From: Azolla caroliniana
Taxonomy: Eukaryota; Plantae; Polypodiophyta
Length of the DNA stretch: 64,000 bases
Direction of reading: 5' to 3'
Assembly: GCA_043228905.1 (NCBI GenBank)
Contig: JBHGNT010000002.1
Span: 23,498,001 to 23,562,000, forward strand
The number at the start of each line of letters is the position of its first letter. Positions within the stretch are counted from its first letter, which is position 1. Positions 50,658 through 64,000 of the stretch are shown here, piece by piece. Made by a program: the position numbers and the translations under genes. Below the pieces are notes generated by a model. It was not told the DNA's origin, ran no database searches, and saw only the letters and a list, made by a program, of their open reading frames with translations.

Positions 50658-53429
50658 AAATTACGAAAACATATGTGCCAAGCCTACCAAGAAAGTAAAT
50701 AGAGGAAAGAAGAGATGGCTAGCTAGATATATAGATATGTGTGTTTATCAGCTTGTTTGACTCATACTACATTCTACTATGGCATCTGGTTTGGACGGGT
50801 GTCTATTCCAACAATAACTACATTCAACCAAGACCCATTTCTTGTAGTGTGTTCCATTTGGTTGGTTGCCCATTGAATCTCCAAAAGGTCGTTGAGTTGT
50901 TTTGTGTCATCTGAACTTGGAGAATAGGTAAGTGGGAATACGACTTATCTCTAGGGTGCCGAGTTGATAAGAAAACAATAGTTTACATCCTTTTGTAAAG
51001 ATGGTAATGCAATCAACTCACTCGTAAAACTATAAAAAGAAGAATAAATGAGAATAGTGTGTAGTTTATAAGATTTATGATGAAGAACGTAAGCGCATGG
51101 GTTCAATCTTTAATGACATTTGTAACATCAACCAAGGTAAAGTATGTCTTGCAACTAAATTAAGCCACAATAGAAGAAAGTAAACACAACATGAAAATAT
51201 TGGCTCTATAATTATGTGCTTTTACGTGTATTCAAAAACTTAAAATTGATTTGCCAACATGTTTGAGTACTTGAATTAAAACACGTAAAAGCAATAGTCT
51301 ATGTAGATTTAACTCTTGTATAACGTAGCCATAAGTTTGTCACTTGGATTTTTAAGTAACAAATTTGAGGTTACAATCATTGAAAATGCATATTGATAGT
51401 CTTGTCATAAACATATGGGATCACCTTCACCAATCCAATGTTTGAAAACCACATCATTCCTTTAAGGCAATGCTAAAAAGAGAGAATAGAGTATATTAAA
51501 TTTCCCTAATATTATTTATGACATAAGTCAAACAACGTGGGTGCGCTTTGAACTTAACACATGACAGACATAATGTTAGCATGGGCTATTTTATGGTCTA
51601 TCAATGCTTGAGGTACGAAGTAAAAAACTAGTAACTTCAATATGTTTTGTTACATAAGCAATAATAAAGGCACTTATATTTTAGAAATGTATAGTCCAAA
51701 CAAGATCATGGAGTGCATGCACAAATGGATGGAAGCTTAACAAAGGAAAAATGAAGAGAGGAACGCATAATCATCTCCCTTTTTACCACCATATTACAAG
51801 CATCAAATCTTTTCCGAAGTGGCATTCTACATTTGACATATTTTCACTTTAATGCCAATAAGAGAAAGCACATGCATGCTATGTCAGCCTTTTTTGCAGA
51901 AAATGTGCTAAAACAAGAGATTATTTGCATGATACATAGGGACTTTGCTCCTTGTATTCTTATAACAATCCAAACATAAATAAAGTTCTACGCCTTCCAC
52001 TGGATGTAGTAGGTTGAATAGTAGTAATACAGTTAAACAAATTTTCTCAAGCAATGGATTGAATGTAGGTAAGAATTGGATGCTTTCTGCACCCTCAGGG
52101 TATGGCTCTACATGTCAAGATCAATTCTCCACTCTTTTAAGTGGGGATTTTAGGGGTCTTACTTTCCATGAGCAGCCTTTACATTGAGCATCACCAGCAC
52201 CAGCTTCATCCACAATCCCCTCTTCAGTCTCAGCATCTTGGAGGTGTCCTCCCCTCTTTCCAAGGTAGAAATAGTCTCAAATTTTGTTCTTCCTCTCAAA
52301 GCTGGAATTGTATCAAATATGACTTTTAAGTCATAATTCCTTCCTAAGAAAGAAATTGTGTCAATTTCCACATCGCGATCCTACTCGCCTCCTAACCAAG
52401 AAATTGTGCAACAGAAAGCTTTCGGAAACAAGGGTTGAGCGGCTGCCCTTTTGTAGCAACCCCAACAAGGGTCAAAGACATAGATATATTGTTGGAGATA
52501 GTGATAAAATTGATAGTATAAGCTCAAACATTAGTACTTCTGTTCTTTACCTATTTTCTTGATGGTAGCATGTCAATTATTGTAGCAAGAATCACATCAC
52601 AATGTTCTATTGTGCAATTGTTAATACCATAATAAATTTTTAAGTTCAAATTTTTTGGACCCTATCCTTACAAGTTACAATCGTTTGTTCCAACTATGGG
52701 GGTTCCAAACAAAACAGTTAAAGCTCAAAGGTCTGTATTTGTCCTAGTACCATAGCCATCAGTGGAGGAACTTTTAACTTCATACCCTTGAGTTGCAAAA
52801 ACATTTTATCACTGACGATAATCGAAACTGAGGTATTATATTACTTTATAGCCGGTATTATTTCTAAATAGTCTACCTCTGAATGATACTCGTTAGAAAT
52901 AAATTCCCTCATGCATGCAAACCTATGATTGAAATAGTTCACATAGATACCATGGGAGCAAATATAAGATATTGCAATAAGATTAGAACCCAGAACTCTT
53001 TCTTACCTATCAATGAATTACATATACCAATGAATGAGCTAATTCCATTAGATACCATGAGAGGAAATAACGTTAATCACAGTCAATGGTATATATAAAT
53101 GACCTAATATAAAGTAGATATTGATGTGGTAACAATCATTACATTTCTGTAATGTCTTGCCATAGCTGAGTAAGCTATGCCATATGGCATGGTCATACAT
53201 AAACTTCTACTAAAATAAAATGTACAGAAGAAGTTCCTAAAGTATTTGGCACACTGTTTGCCCAAGGGAAAACCTCTTTGTTATACATGATTCAAGCTTT
53301 TAATGCACACCAAAGTTCTTCACACACCCTCCCCTATTTTTGACAATTCTAGCAACTGAGCTTTCTTATATATGCAACTGATATTTAATCTAGTCAAATA
53401 TACGCAATTGGACTTTTTTGTCATCCATC

Positions 53430-56400
53430 TTATCGATTCCAAATCTTCTCATTGTTGTGCATGTTTGATGAAGCCTTATTGCTGACCAATACTCTTCGAG
53501 CACCCCCTGGAAGTGTTAAGGGCATGGCGGTAGGAAAATTATTGCTATTCCATGGCTGATGGTTAATGACTGGTTGTTGAGAGGTAGGTGGTGGCTTACC
53601 CCAAATAGAAGCAACACTGACTCTTCTCATTTTATTCGATACTTTTCTCTCTCCTTCATCCTCTGTTTTTTTAGACACATTCACTCTCTTGGCAGTTGGT
53701 GGCTGGACACCATCTTTATCGCCTTGTGCCTTCATATAGCCAGGCTGAAACTGCGGTAACCTGAAGTGTACTTTGCGAGGTATGCTTCTCCTAAGCACAG
53801 TGGATGGAGCTATGGCTGCCCCCTTCTTCCAACCAGAAGGCTTCGGTGAACTTACAATACATGTCTCAAGGTTAGGAACCTGATTTTCATCTGCAAATGT
53901 ATCTTGAACACTTTCAGTTGATGATTGGACAATCGAATAGGATGTTACTGGAGGTAGAGCATTGGCCATAGACATAGAAGGTCTTCTTCTAGGCAACACA
54001 CATAAGGAAACTCTTCCAGGTTTCCTTGGGAGTGCTGAAGATGAGGACGATGGCACATTGTGCTTATATAACGATATGGTTGCTTTCATTCTTTCCATAG
54101 ACGCAGAATCTGTATCACTTCCATTCTCATTGTTTTTGTTAGCCAAGGCTTTGTCCATAGAGCTGCTCCCTATACCATCTATAGCCTTAACATTATCTTC
54201 TATGCCTCTGTTTTTAATCAAGTTTAAACCCAAGGGTACAGGCTGAAGAATTTTTCTATCTACAGAAGGATCTATCACTGGAATAGTAGAAACTTTGGTT
54301 CTGAGTTCCTCACGAAGCTTTTCTATCAAAAACTGCTGCTTCATTATCACTCCCTCATGATCCTTTACTTTGTCAGCAAGTGACCGTGAGGCTTGATCCT
54401 TCATTTTCATAGTTTCCTCGAGCTTTTTCACGTTATCCTCTTGTTTGCGTAGACTCTCATCTTTCATTTTTCCTTCTTGCTTAAATTTCTCAACCTGGAA
54501 AAACAAAAAGTTAGATATGCAGGACTATGAACTTGGTCTTCAAATACATGATTCAGCTGGAAAAATCTTTTCTTCTTATTTCAAGATTCTTTGAATACCA
54601 TTTGCTTGTACTTCACAATGTCTGTTGAGTCAGCTTGTTTCCGAGCTGGTCCAAGCTCAACACCCCTAACTCTACTTGCAAAATTCAAAGAACAAAGTGT
54701 TTCTCCAGCATCAAGCTCACAGGGACTTATTTGAACAAACATTAATGTCTTTGATTCACCGCCTGCATATTCACGAATATTGCAGTAATCATTATAACTC
54801 AATCATATCACATATTTACCAATAAGATGTACCACGTACCTAATGAATCTTGCAGGAGATGAGTAAGCTTTGAGTTCCTGCAGTTGATTTAGTAATGATT
54901 GTTGATTCAGTAAACAAGATGGATAATACTTTCTTTTTGAAGATAAAACAGAACTTCGACATACCTGTAAGGAACATGATTGCTTTTGGTTGACAATGCA
55001 TGTATCACATCACCAAGTGCTGATAACGATTTGTTTATGCTCTGAGCTTCCTTGAGCCTCTCACCTTGGACATCGGACTTGGCCACTCTCTCACTTCCTG
55101 CTAAATCAACAAGCCAAAGCTTGCTTCTTGTGGTCTCTCCAGTAATGAGGCTTTCTCCTTTCACCATAACGCAAAGCATGCTGAATGGAAAACATGGAAA
55201 TACACAAAAATAAAGCATTTGAATCATTTTAACATTCACCAAGCTGAATCCTTTGATCTTTCCAAATCATTTTAAATTTCATGGATGAAATACTATCAAG
55301 GTGAATCATGATAACTATATTCATGATCATTTACACATTTTGTTAACTTTTGAGGACAAGAGTCATGTTACTTTCATGAATCTAAATTGTTTTTGACAAT
55401 ATTCGTGAATCTGAATTATTTTAACTTTTGTAAACCTTAACCATTTTAATATTAATAAAACTGAATTGCTTCAACTTTACACGGGGTTGAATCCTATTCA
55501 CTTTATGAAGCTGAATATTCCGCTTTAGTGAATCTGAATTATAATTCTGGAATAAGCATTGAAGGGCAAGTCGTTTTCTTACCAATGAGATCGGCTGCTG
55601 TGCTCGTTACAGTTAGTGGAGCTAACAACTCTGGCACTGCTACCTGTCTGAAGTACATCCCACACTTCATCCATGCTTTGTACCATGGCTTCAGTAAGGC
55701 CAGGCACATGATGAACACCATCTGCAACTTGCTTGATCTCAAGTCTAACATATACAATAGTACTTGTTTCAGTTCTTAGCCCAAGAGAAAAATTAAAGAT
55801 GGAAATGTAAAACCGCTGGATATTAGGGTAAATTTGGCAAATAGTTGACAGTGTGCTTGCAAGTATGTATCATTTGTGTTGTGCAATACAATGTTTTATA
55901 CAAAAATATCCATAAAATACAATAAAAAATGCATACTTTTTTGCAGAATTCCCTAACGGTAGAGGAGATGCGAGTAAGTCTCGAATCTGTTCATTGTAAA
56001 CCTCAACGACGCTAACGGATATGGTATATTCATATTGCCCTTTTCTTTGTGATGCCAAATGAAAAAGCTCTTCTAAAGTGCGGTAATTCACTCCTCTGTC
56101 ACTTTCAGTACCTTCCATCGTAAAGGTCTTTCCTGTCCCAGTTTGGCCATAAGCAAAAATGCAAACATTGTATCCGTCCAATACTGAGACCACCACAGGT
56201 GCAGTGTCGAGAAAGACATCAGCTAAAAAGAAAAAAGAAGACAATCAGTCTATAAAAGTTGAGCATTGGGATGAATCCAAATAGTGATGAAACAGATTTA
56301 CAGACCAATTGGCCTATATTCTTATGTTTTGAAACATTTAAATATGTCCTTCATTTAGACATGATGTATTTGATTAGACTGGTTATTAGTAGGGGTAAAG

Positions 56401-59400
56401 ACACGATCAAATCTAAATTGCTTCCAATGATATATTTACTTACACTGGTTATTAGAAGGGGTAAAGACACGATCAAATCTAAATTGCTTCCTTGATCCAT
56501 TAGTTCGGATTACAAGATCATTATTGCGAGCTGGATCAAACTCAACAACAGCAGAAGCACCTGCATTCACTTCTCCTGGACTAAGAGGGCGACATCGGCA
56601 GAATACTCGAATGTTACCTGTATATAACCAAAGAATTCCGAACTATTAAGTTTCTATCACATATTCTAATACACATTAAAACAACATTAAGAAAATTAAA
56701 GAAATAGTACCACTGCACATTGTCAAAATAGTAGTACTAGATCTTTTATTTTTGACAATAGATACCTTTTAGCTCTAAGACCTGATTATAATATAACCTT
56801 AGATCCTGTCCTTGTTTGACAAATGATTTCTTTAGTTCCTCATGTTCATCAACTGCAACATAAGTACGACTATCAGGAAAGCTATTACATGAACGAAAAT
56901 ATTTCGAACATAAATAAATGAACAATGCTATCATAATAATATAAATATTTTAAATATGCATACTTCATTTATGAAGAAAGTAAAGTGAAAATGCATACCT
57001 AATTCTCTAACTTTTTGACTCATGTCTTGGACTGCCGGGAACGAATTCACCCATTCATGACTTTCTTTTGCAAGAATAGTATAGTCTTGTTTGAGAAGCT
57101 GCACCATTAAATCGAATTTAGGAAAATGCTCATCTTTCGAAATAAATGGATCTGATATTTCCATGCTTTCATATGTATCAGACTTCAGAAACCCCATTGG
57201 AAACTTCTTCATAACTTCCCAAACGTAAAAAACACCATGAAATTGACTTACAAGGAATCAGAAAATACCTCATATTTGGAATTAATATCAAGTAAAGCTG
57301 TCAGCCATCTTTGTTTTTCACTTTCAGCCTTATCTTGTACTTCTTTAAGATCAATGAGTTGCTTCTCTACAGCCTGGGCTGTCAAGGATAAGAAACATTC
57401 GTAAATTGAATTAAGATCAAAATGTTAATATAATTATTTAAAGAATCCATTGGAAAATCTTAGGTTCAAGAATACACACTACATTGTGATAAAGAGAGAA
57501 GGGTTGATACCAAGGGAGTCTACATGGAACGATCTGCAATCAAGCTCATTCTGAAGTTTCTCATTTTGACGATTTGCATCTTGCACTGACATCCATGCCT
57601 CATGTACTTCATTTTTTAATGTTTGAATCTTCAACTCATATTCTTTTATATGTCTCTGTTTTCTTCTTCTCTGGTAAATAAACAATGAGATTTTTACATA
57701 TAGTACATATTAGAGAAAGGGAAACCAGAGAATAAAAAAGAAAAAACTGAATGAATTTTCTAAGATGAAAACCTTCTTGATTTTTGAGTCACTGCTTTGA
57801 ACATGAAGTTGAGGGCATTCTTTTGCCTTGTTTGACTTAGTATTCTCCATTGGACTTTCTGAAATATCTTGGCCATGTACTTGCATATCCAAATTCAACT
57901 CAGCAGCGTGTTCTATTAAGACTATAACCACATTATATCATAGTAAATAAAACCTTGTAAACAATCGTTTGATAAACTCCTAAATCAATCACATAACAAT
58001 TTGTAGAATGTCATCATTACCTTGGGTGCTAGACCTTCGAACACAAATGCCACTTATTATTGGGCTTCCGACAATACCCCAAAGGGAAATTACTAATCCC
58101 TTATCTTTTACATTTGCCTTTACATTTTCCACAACTAGTGGAGTGTTGGACCCCACTCTCGAGTACACATCAAGCTTAGAAACCACCTGTTCCATCATGA
58201 CTAACCATTGAATAATCTAAACAGTTACAAAATTTTGCACCAAAAATTCGAATAGTCAAAGCTTACTTTTTCATTTTGCACCAACACATCAAATGTACGA
58301 AGACCAGGTGGGCCATTAGTGAAGATTATCTCCGCAAAGTGAAGATCAACAAGATAATTTCCAGAAGGAATGTTCTGAATAGTATATGAGCAATTCCCAT
58401 ATCTAGCAGTCTGATAGAGGCAAGAATCTTGGGTGTTTGCAATGTTCTCTCCAGTGCATAGGACATCCCCTCCATCAAAATAACAATCTTCAGAGAAGTC
58501 AACTCCAAAAGATGTATTTTTTATTAACGGACCACCAGCATTAATACATAACACAATGTTTTCTGCGCCACAAATGTTAAAGAAGTCAATTAAGTTTTAA
58601 GTTGTTTTATGCAAACCCTTTCAGCATTTACTACATGTATATATTTTGATTTGCTATAATCTTAAATTGATTTTTTGACAATTCATTATGTTGCATGAAA
58701 CAGCAATGACATCGAATTGAATTTAAGAGGTAGAATTTGATACGCCTAACCCTGCTATTTAGTATTCTCACAACGTTCATTTCATGCATATCTCTTGATG
58801 TAGCACACTCATTTGTCATGTTTTATGCAAATGCAATGCTGTACAATTGAATCCAGTAGCTATTGTTTTCTCAACATTTACGATATACATAAAGCTTGAC
58901 ATTCTATAAGTATGCACAAACAATTTAATTCTGATTCCCATCCTTCTCAGCATCTACCTCATGCAGCGAGTTTCACTTCACATATATATTAATAATGATC
59001 AGTGTTGTAGAATCTAATCCTCAACATGCTATGTGTATCCTACTCATAAAATTTACAAAAGAAGTCTGACTATATATCTTAAAATTCAAAAAGTCATTGC
59101 TGTTAAGAGGCAGCACTGGAAGAACCAACTCAGCAAAGTCTATAAAGAGGAAATTTGTCATTCATTTTCCATCTTTGATGGTTTGTTCTTTCAATGCTGT
59201 CACATAATGGAGTGTTTCAACGTCAGCAACACATATACATACAGACAAATATTACCTGGTGAACTGTCTTCAATCTCTCTTCCAGTAATCAAAGATGCAC
59301 ACTTTAGTGGGTTGCGACTATTGCATTCATCTGTATCATATTCACTCAACGTGCTGCCACTATAGCCTGTGGAAATGGAGACATCTTCAGAGGCAGAGCT

Positions 59401-59733
59401 CCCATCAGGTGATTTACTCTGATTAGGCGACCCATTTGCACACTCATGCGGAACTCGCAATGGAGTTTTCATTGATTCATCCTCATCCACAATATGGCAT
59501 ACCTCACGTGTGTTACTAGTATATCTTTCACAATAGGGTCGTCCTTGATGTGAGATCTCTTTGGGTAAGTCCTTATTCTCTACATTGATCTGAGCATCGG
59601 TTAAAGCATTTGTGTCTCGATTGGCATACAACTGATTAACTTCAAAGTTGCACAGCTCGTCCATACTTGATCTATGCTTTATATTGAAGTCGAGTGATGA
59701 GTGTTTCCCACCTGTAGAACTAACAGCATCCAT
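53430..59733 (-). CDS. Malectin-domain kinesin-14 (MDKIN / KIN14Q-R-like), ~1213 aa. Exons (5'->3') 59733-59256, 58562-58267, 58186-58021, 57912-57773, 57670-57511, 57378-57269, 57098-56999, 56852-56766, 56617-56444, 56222-55937, 55744-55583, 55180-54965, 54877-54840, 54762-54599, 54494-53430
   Basis: Malectin domain ([28 protein letters not shown]), coiled coil, kinesin-14 neck [15 protein letters not shown]-loop [11 protein letters not shown], switch I NEHSSRSH, switch [30 protein letters not shown]. All 14 introns are GT-AG and the exon lengths sum to 3642 nt in frame. Confidence 0.94.
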
Positions 59734-60985
59734 GGTGTGAACAATTCTTGATGAAGTCTGGACTCTCAGAATCTCTTCTGTACATAGAGATTTTTTAAAT
59801 AAGCAGATTATTTCAGAAGAACATAACAAAGTGAAGACGTTTCAATGCCATGGACATTTTTTCTCCTCAATTAACCACATCAATGAACGCAGTGGATTTT
59901 CTCATTTCCTTAACCTTGTTGACATCCTTTCTTCAATGCAGTGGATTTTATCACATCCAACCATTAACTCTAAACATTAATGGATAATGGTGCTTATCAA
60001 TTAATTACATCAATGGATTCCTTTACTCAAAACCCTAAACTTTGATCCGCCCTTGGGCCTCTTTTCTTTTATATTTGACCAGGAAACATTTAGGATTCAA
60101 AGAAGCTGTATAGTTTTTGTATAAATTCACACTTCTTCTCTCTTCTGAACCTCACCCCAGTGGAATTTATCGAGAGAAAGTACAAGGAACGGAACAAACT
60201 CTACGGTTTGAGATATGTGAAGCTCATCGTCTGATTTTCATCATCAAACTATTCTATTCCCTGCTTTACTCAAGACCTAATGAGCGTGTTTGCATTCGTT
60301 TTAAGTTTTCTTTTCATCATGGGGGAAAGGTGAAGCACGTATGGAAAACATTTATCTTTACGGTTTAGGATTTAGGTAACTTGATGTTCTAATTGAATTT
60401 AAAAACAATGTATCAAGAATGAAAGTAGACAGATGTGTACCTGAAGATCAGACGAAGATTTGCTTTGAAGAATAGAAAGCGTCCTGAGAAAATACCTACA
60501 GAAGCAGGAAAACGGAAAAGATATGAAATTGTCTACAATGTTGTATATTCTTCTGCTCTGGCTTCAGAGAAAGATCGTAGGATATTCTGCAGATCTGAAT
60601 TTTCGAAATGTAAAAACCGTCTCTACGATTGCAGATACGGGGAATTAGGATTTCCTTCAAGAGAAGAATCGCAGGGCTTTCTTACGAGAACAGCCTTTTT
60701 AAGATGCAGACCATCTCCCTAGGAAACTCCGCAGCATCGGGATAGTGATTCAAGCGAAAGGTCATGAGTTCTACTTTACAACAGATGTGAGATCTAAAGT
60801 TGAACAAGCTGGACAATAGGGTTTCAGAGGTTCACAAAACTCAGGTCTGGTTTGATTTGCTAAGCTTCTATATGATTAAATGGAGAGGGTTTGCAGGGCT
60901 TCTGGACAGAAGAAGGATATATGTGAGGGTTTTCAGAGGGAGGATGGATCAATGGAAGTGGCGGGGCTTCGTTCACAGAAGCTCG

Positions 60986-61009
60986 TTAGGGTTAGGGTTA
61001 GGGTTAGGG
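60986..61009 (+). repeat. (TTAGGG)4 run upstream of the kinesin gene (telo-box-like, G-quadruplex-capable)
   Basis: ttagggttagggttagggttaggg seen directly. Confidence 0.85.
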
Positions 61010-61050
61010 AAGACAGGAAAGAAAGAAAGCAGAAAATATGTTTGAACTGC

Positions 61051-61389
61051 TAACGGATTCATTCATTCCTTCATTCCTGCAGTGTTCGTTCGTTTGAATC
61101 TGGCCGTCGGATCGCTCGCCGCGTTTCAATCTCCACCGTCGGATGCTGGGAACGGCTCTCTCTTTCTTTGGTTTTCTAATGAAATGCAGCAGCCGTTTCA
61201 CACCTGCCCGCCCACCCAATTAACGGATTCATTCATTCCTTCATTCCTGCAGCGTTCGTTCGTTCGAACCTGGCCGTCGGATCGCTCGCTGATTCTGAAT
61301 CTCCACCGTCGGATGCTGGGAGCGGCTCTCTCTTTCTTTGGTTTTCAAATGAAAGGAAGCAGCCGTTTCACACCTGCCCGCCCACCCAA
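61051..61389. promoter_or_regulatory. 170-bp tandem duplication containing MSA-like AACGG/GACGG motifs, in the putative kinesin promoter
   Basis: 61051-61219 is nearly identical to 61221-61389. Motifs include taacggat, ggccgtcgga, caccgtcgga, gaacggct and agccgttt. The duplication is seen directly; a regulatory role is inferred. Confidence 0.55.
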
Positions 61390-61465
61390 CCAAAACCCAA
61401 TCACAAAAACCCCATCCTCTTTTGAGTGAGAGTGTATCAGTATCTCTTCTTCAGTCCCGTGGAGC

Positions 61466-61708
61466 TCGGAATCGGCAATGGTTTGGTTTCCACGGTTTGG
61501 CCTTGTCCAAACCAAACCGGTTTGTTTCCAAACTTGAACTGAACCGGTTCTTAAACCGGTTTGGCCCAAATCGGTTATGTTCAGCTTGAGCCATCGCAAA
61601 CCAAGCTCAAACCAGTTAAGGAAGCTCAAACATAACCCAAACCTCCGAACTGTTTAAAAACAGTTAATGGCTTAGTTCAAGCTTGAGCTAAGTCGTTGTT
61701 GATTCCTA
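61466..61708. mobile_element. hAT-type MITE related to 3511-3940
   Basis: TIR ggaatcggcaa / ttgttgattcc(ta), with aaaccgg/ggtttg-rich interior. Confidence 0.65.
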
Positions 61709-62989
61709 GGGGAGGTGCTAATCCACAACTCTCCCCCCCCCCCCCCCCACTAGATTAGGTCAACCGCCAACGGTAGATTCCTAGATCCACCTAAACAACA
61801 CAACAATCGGCCATGAGTCGGGTCACAAGATCCACCTAATAGCGCAACTACCACCAGTCTGGTTGCAAGATCCATCGACGTCATGTCACACTTGACACAT
61901 GAGAGAAACAGGGCACTTCTAGATTTTTGGTAAGCCTACGGGTAGAAAGAGAGTTAGATCGAAATGATAGTCACTATGCTAACCATTTGAACTCGGCAAA
62001 TGCCTTTGTCGTTATCACATCTACACATAGTAAGATGAGCATGTATGCTAGCTACAACATTAAACCATGACCAATTAGAAATATGATTTGTGGAATAAGC
62101 GATAGAAGTTTGGGAGGTTGAGTTCTTTATTGGAACAAGGTCAAAAATAGTTATTTATTTATTTATTTATTTAGAAAACATATCCTTCCATTAGTTTAAA
62201 AAACTATATCAGCTACAAAATACAAAATAATGGAAAGGAGATGATTATCCTTCCCCAACCCATCTTGTGTAAGACAATAGCTAGCCATGAATCCTTCTTT
62301 TGATAGACTTGATTGAACACTTCCTCAATAGTTGAAACATACCATGAAGTTGCATATGTTCAAACCAAATCAATCTTCCTCATCATTCATATTCAACATA
62401 TCTAGATACCACATGTGGGTCATCCATCACAGGCATCCAATATACCCCCACATTTACAATGACCAAGCATCCTCTATTTTCCATATTCAATGTAAAACTC
62501 AATCAAAGCATTATGGTATAGAGGTCATTTTGTATGCCTCGATCCATGATTCCAACATGTATGAACATATCGTCATGTAAAGCCATGTGATCAACACCCA
62601 CCTTAAGGGATCTCAGCCCTTCGACCAGTTTATATGCATCTGATAACCTTCCACATGTTTTCTTCCAAATGCATACATAAGAGCATCCCCCTCCACCTAT
62701 TTCAATGACTCCATCCATCTCATAAGAAGAAATGGGATTCTGCATACATATCATTTAGCATTTTAGTGATTACAAAATCATGTTCCAAACCTTGTTTTCA
62801 AATTTCACTTCTTATCCTTTTCCTACTGTGCGAAGGGCAAAATTCCATATAAAGCCATGATGCCATAATTTCTTTTGATATCACCAAACCATAAAATAAA
62901 TCTTGAATGAGATTGCACAAAATCTCAATTATTTCTTTCTTTTCAACAACTCATAGACTGCCATTGACATACATAATTCCTAAGACAGT

Positions 62990-63341
62990 ACCAACAACGA
63001 TTAATATATCCCCATGTCTCATATAGGTGGAGGAAATACCTAGAGAGGTGGTTGATACCTCCAACGTATACAACAATTAACCATGTAAAATACATTCATC
63101 CTTTCCCATGTCTTCTTAAAACCCTCTTTCTTTCGAATGACTACATCTGAATCACCCTTGATAGCGTCATACTCTCCTTTTAGTGTATGCACCAAGGTCA
63201 ATCAAATCTCCTTGACTACATCCACAACATTCCATTGAATTTGCTGAAATATCCTTCGACATCTACTAGTCCACAAAACCCACAATGTTATGGAACTAAT
63301 AGTCTCCCAAACTGATGAGAAATAATCGTCACTTTCGATCT
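62990..63341 (-). mobile_element. L1-type LINE ORF2 C-terminal fragment abutting an LTR
   Basis: SVWETISSITLWVLWTSRCRRIFQQIQWNVVDVVKEI.STLVHTLKGEYD parallels the 27816-28082 translation. Confidence 0.65.
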
Positions 63342-63379
63342 TCACCTCTCGGCCACAACCAAGGAAACACACGAATCGT

Positions 63380-64000
63380 TGTTGCAGAAAATGGGAAATG
63401 CAGAAGTAAATAGATGGACACACGATTTAACGTGGAAAACCCTGTACGGGAAAAACCACGGGAGTACAAGACTCCGAACCAAAACTATGCACAGAGAAGT
63501 ATACAATGGCGAGCTGCAAGGCGACGACCTTGAGCTCGCTGTCCTCGCCACAGGCGGCGGAAATACACAGAGGCGTCGACCTCTTCCTCTCTCACACTCT
63601 ATCTCTCTCACGGTTGCTCCCTCTTCACTCCTCTTGAGTGGAAAAACAGAAAAATGAGTAGCAACTTCAAAACTGTTTGCCCTAAGTCATATTTATACAC
63701 ATATGACTTTGGGGCTATTTACAACTATAGCCTCAAGGGCCCTTGGCAAACATATTCACAAATATGTCCCCGCATCCAGATCTCGCTCCGGGTACATTCG
63801 TCATCCGGCTCCGAAGCCGGGGTCTTCATCATCCGGTTCCGAAACCGAAACCGGGCTTGTCGGCATTCATCTCCGACATCCGACCATCCCATCCGAAGGG
63901 ACCGTAATCCCAACACAAACCTTCCCATTTTGTACTGAATCACTATGCGTACACGACAACACTTCCTCAACATATCAACCTCTTGTATGTAATGCAAAGG
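63380..64000 (-). mobile_element. Ty1/copia-type LTR, reverse orientation, running off the window end
   Basis: The minus strand ends ...ttttctgcaaca. It contains gatttaacgtggaaaaccc...gggaaaaaccacggg, a motif typical of plant copia U5 regions. TATA gtataaata on the minus strand at ~63695; CpG-rich U3. Confidence 0.7.

Noticed and set aside
51960-52450. LINE endonuclease remnant / ORF 52159-52371
   Set aside because: Motif resemblance too weak to call.

Overview
AT-rich eukaryotic land-plant nuclear DNA. It is most likely a fern or other seed-free plant, inferred from the very long PLS-class PPR gene and the TE families; the species cannot be determined from sequence alone. Five protein-coding genes can be reconstructed, four of them spliced with GT-AG introns and consistent exon phases: (1) a DUF248/PMT-type SAM-dependent methyltransferase (+, 8 coding exons, last intron about 7 kb and filled with LINE remnants); (2) a MYB-CC/PHR1-like transcription factor (+, 6 coding exons); (3) the RNA polymerase I/III shared subunit AC19 (+, 3 exons); (4) a single-ORF 1306-aa PLS-class PPR protein with a truncated E domain (-); (5) a malectin-domain kinesin-14 (-, 15 coding exons, about 1213 aa). 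The rest is decayed Ty1/copia, Ty3/gypsy and LINE sequence, hAT-type and Mutator-like MITEs, tRNA-derived SINEs and microsatellites. I see no convincing new multi-gene system. The best leads are: a gag-less 1.46-kb tRNA-Ala-primed LTR element with a 4-bp TSD, plus a 34-bp 'ends-only' relative 30 kb away with its own 4-bp TSD; a tandemly duplicated MSA-like promoter module next to (TTAGGG)4 upstream of the kinesin; an intronic copy of an exon end that may carry spliced-junction sequence; and the giant PPR array lacking DYW and an evident targeting peptide.
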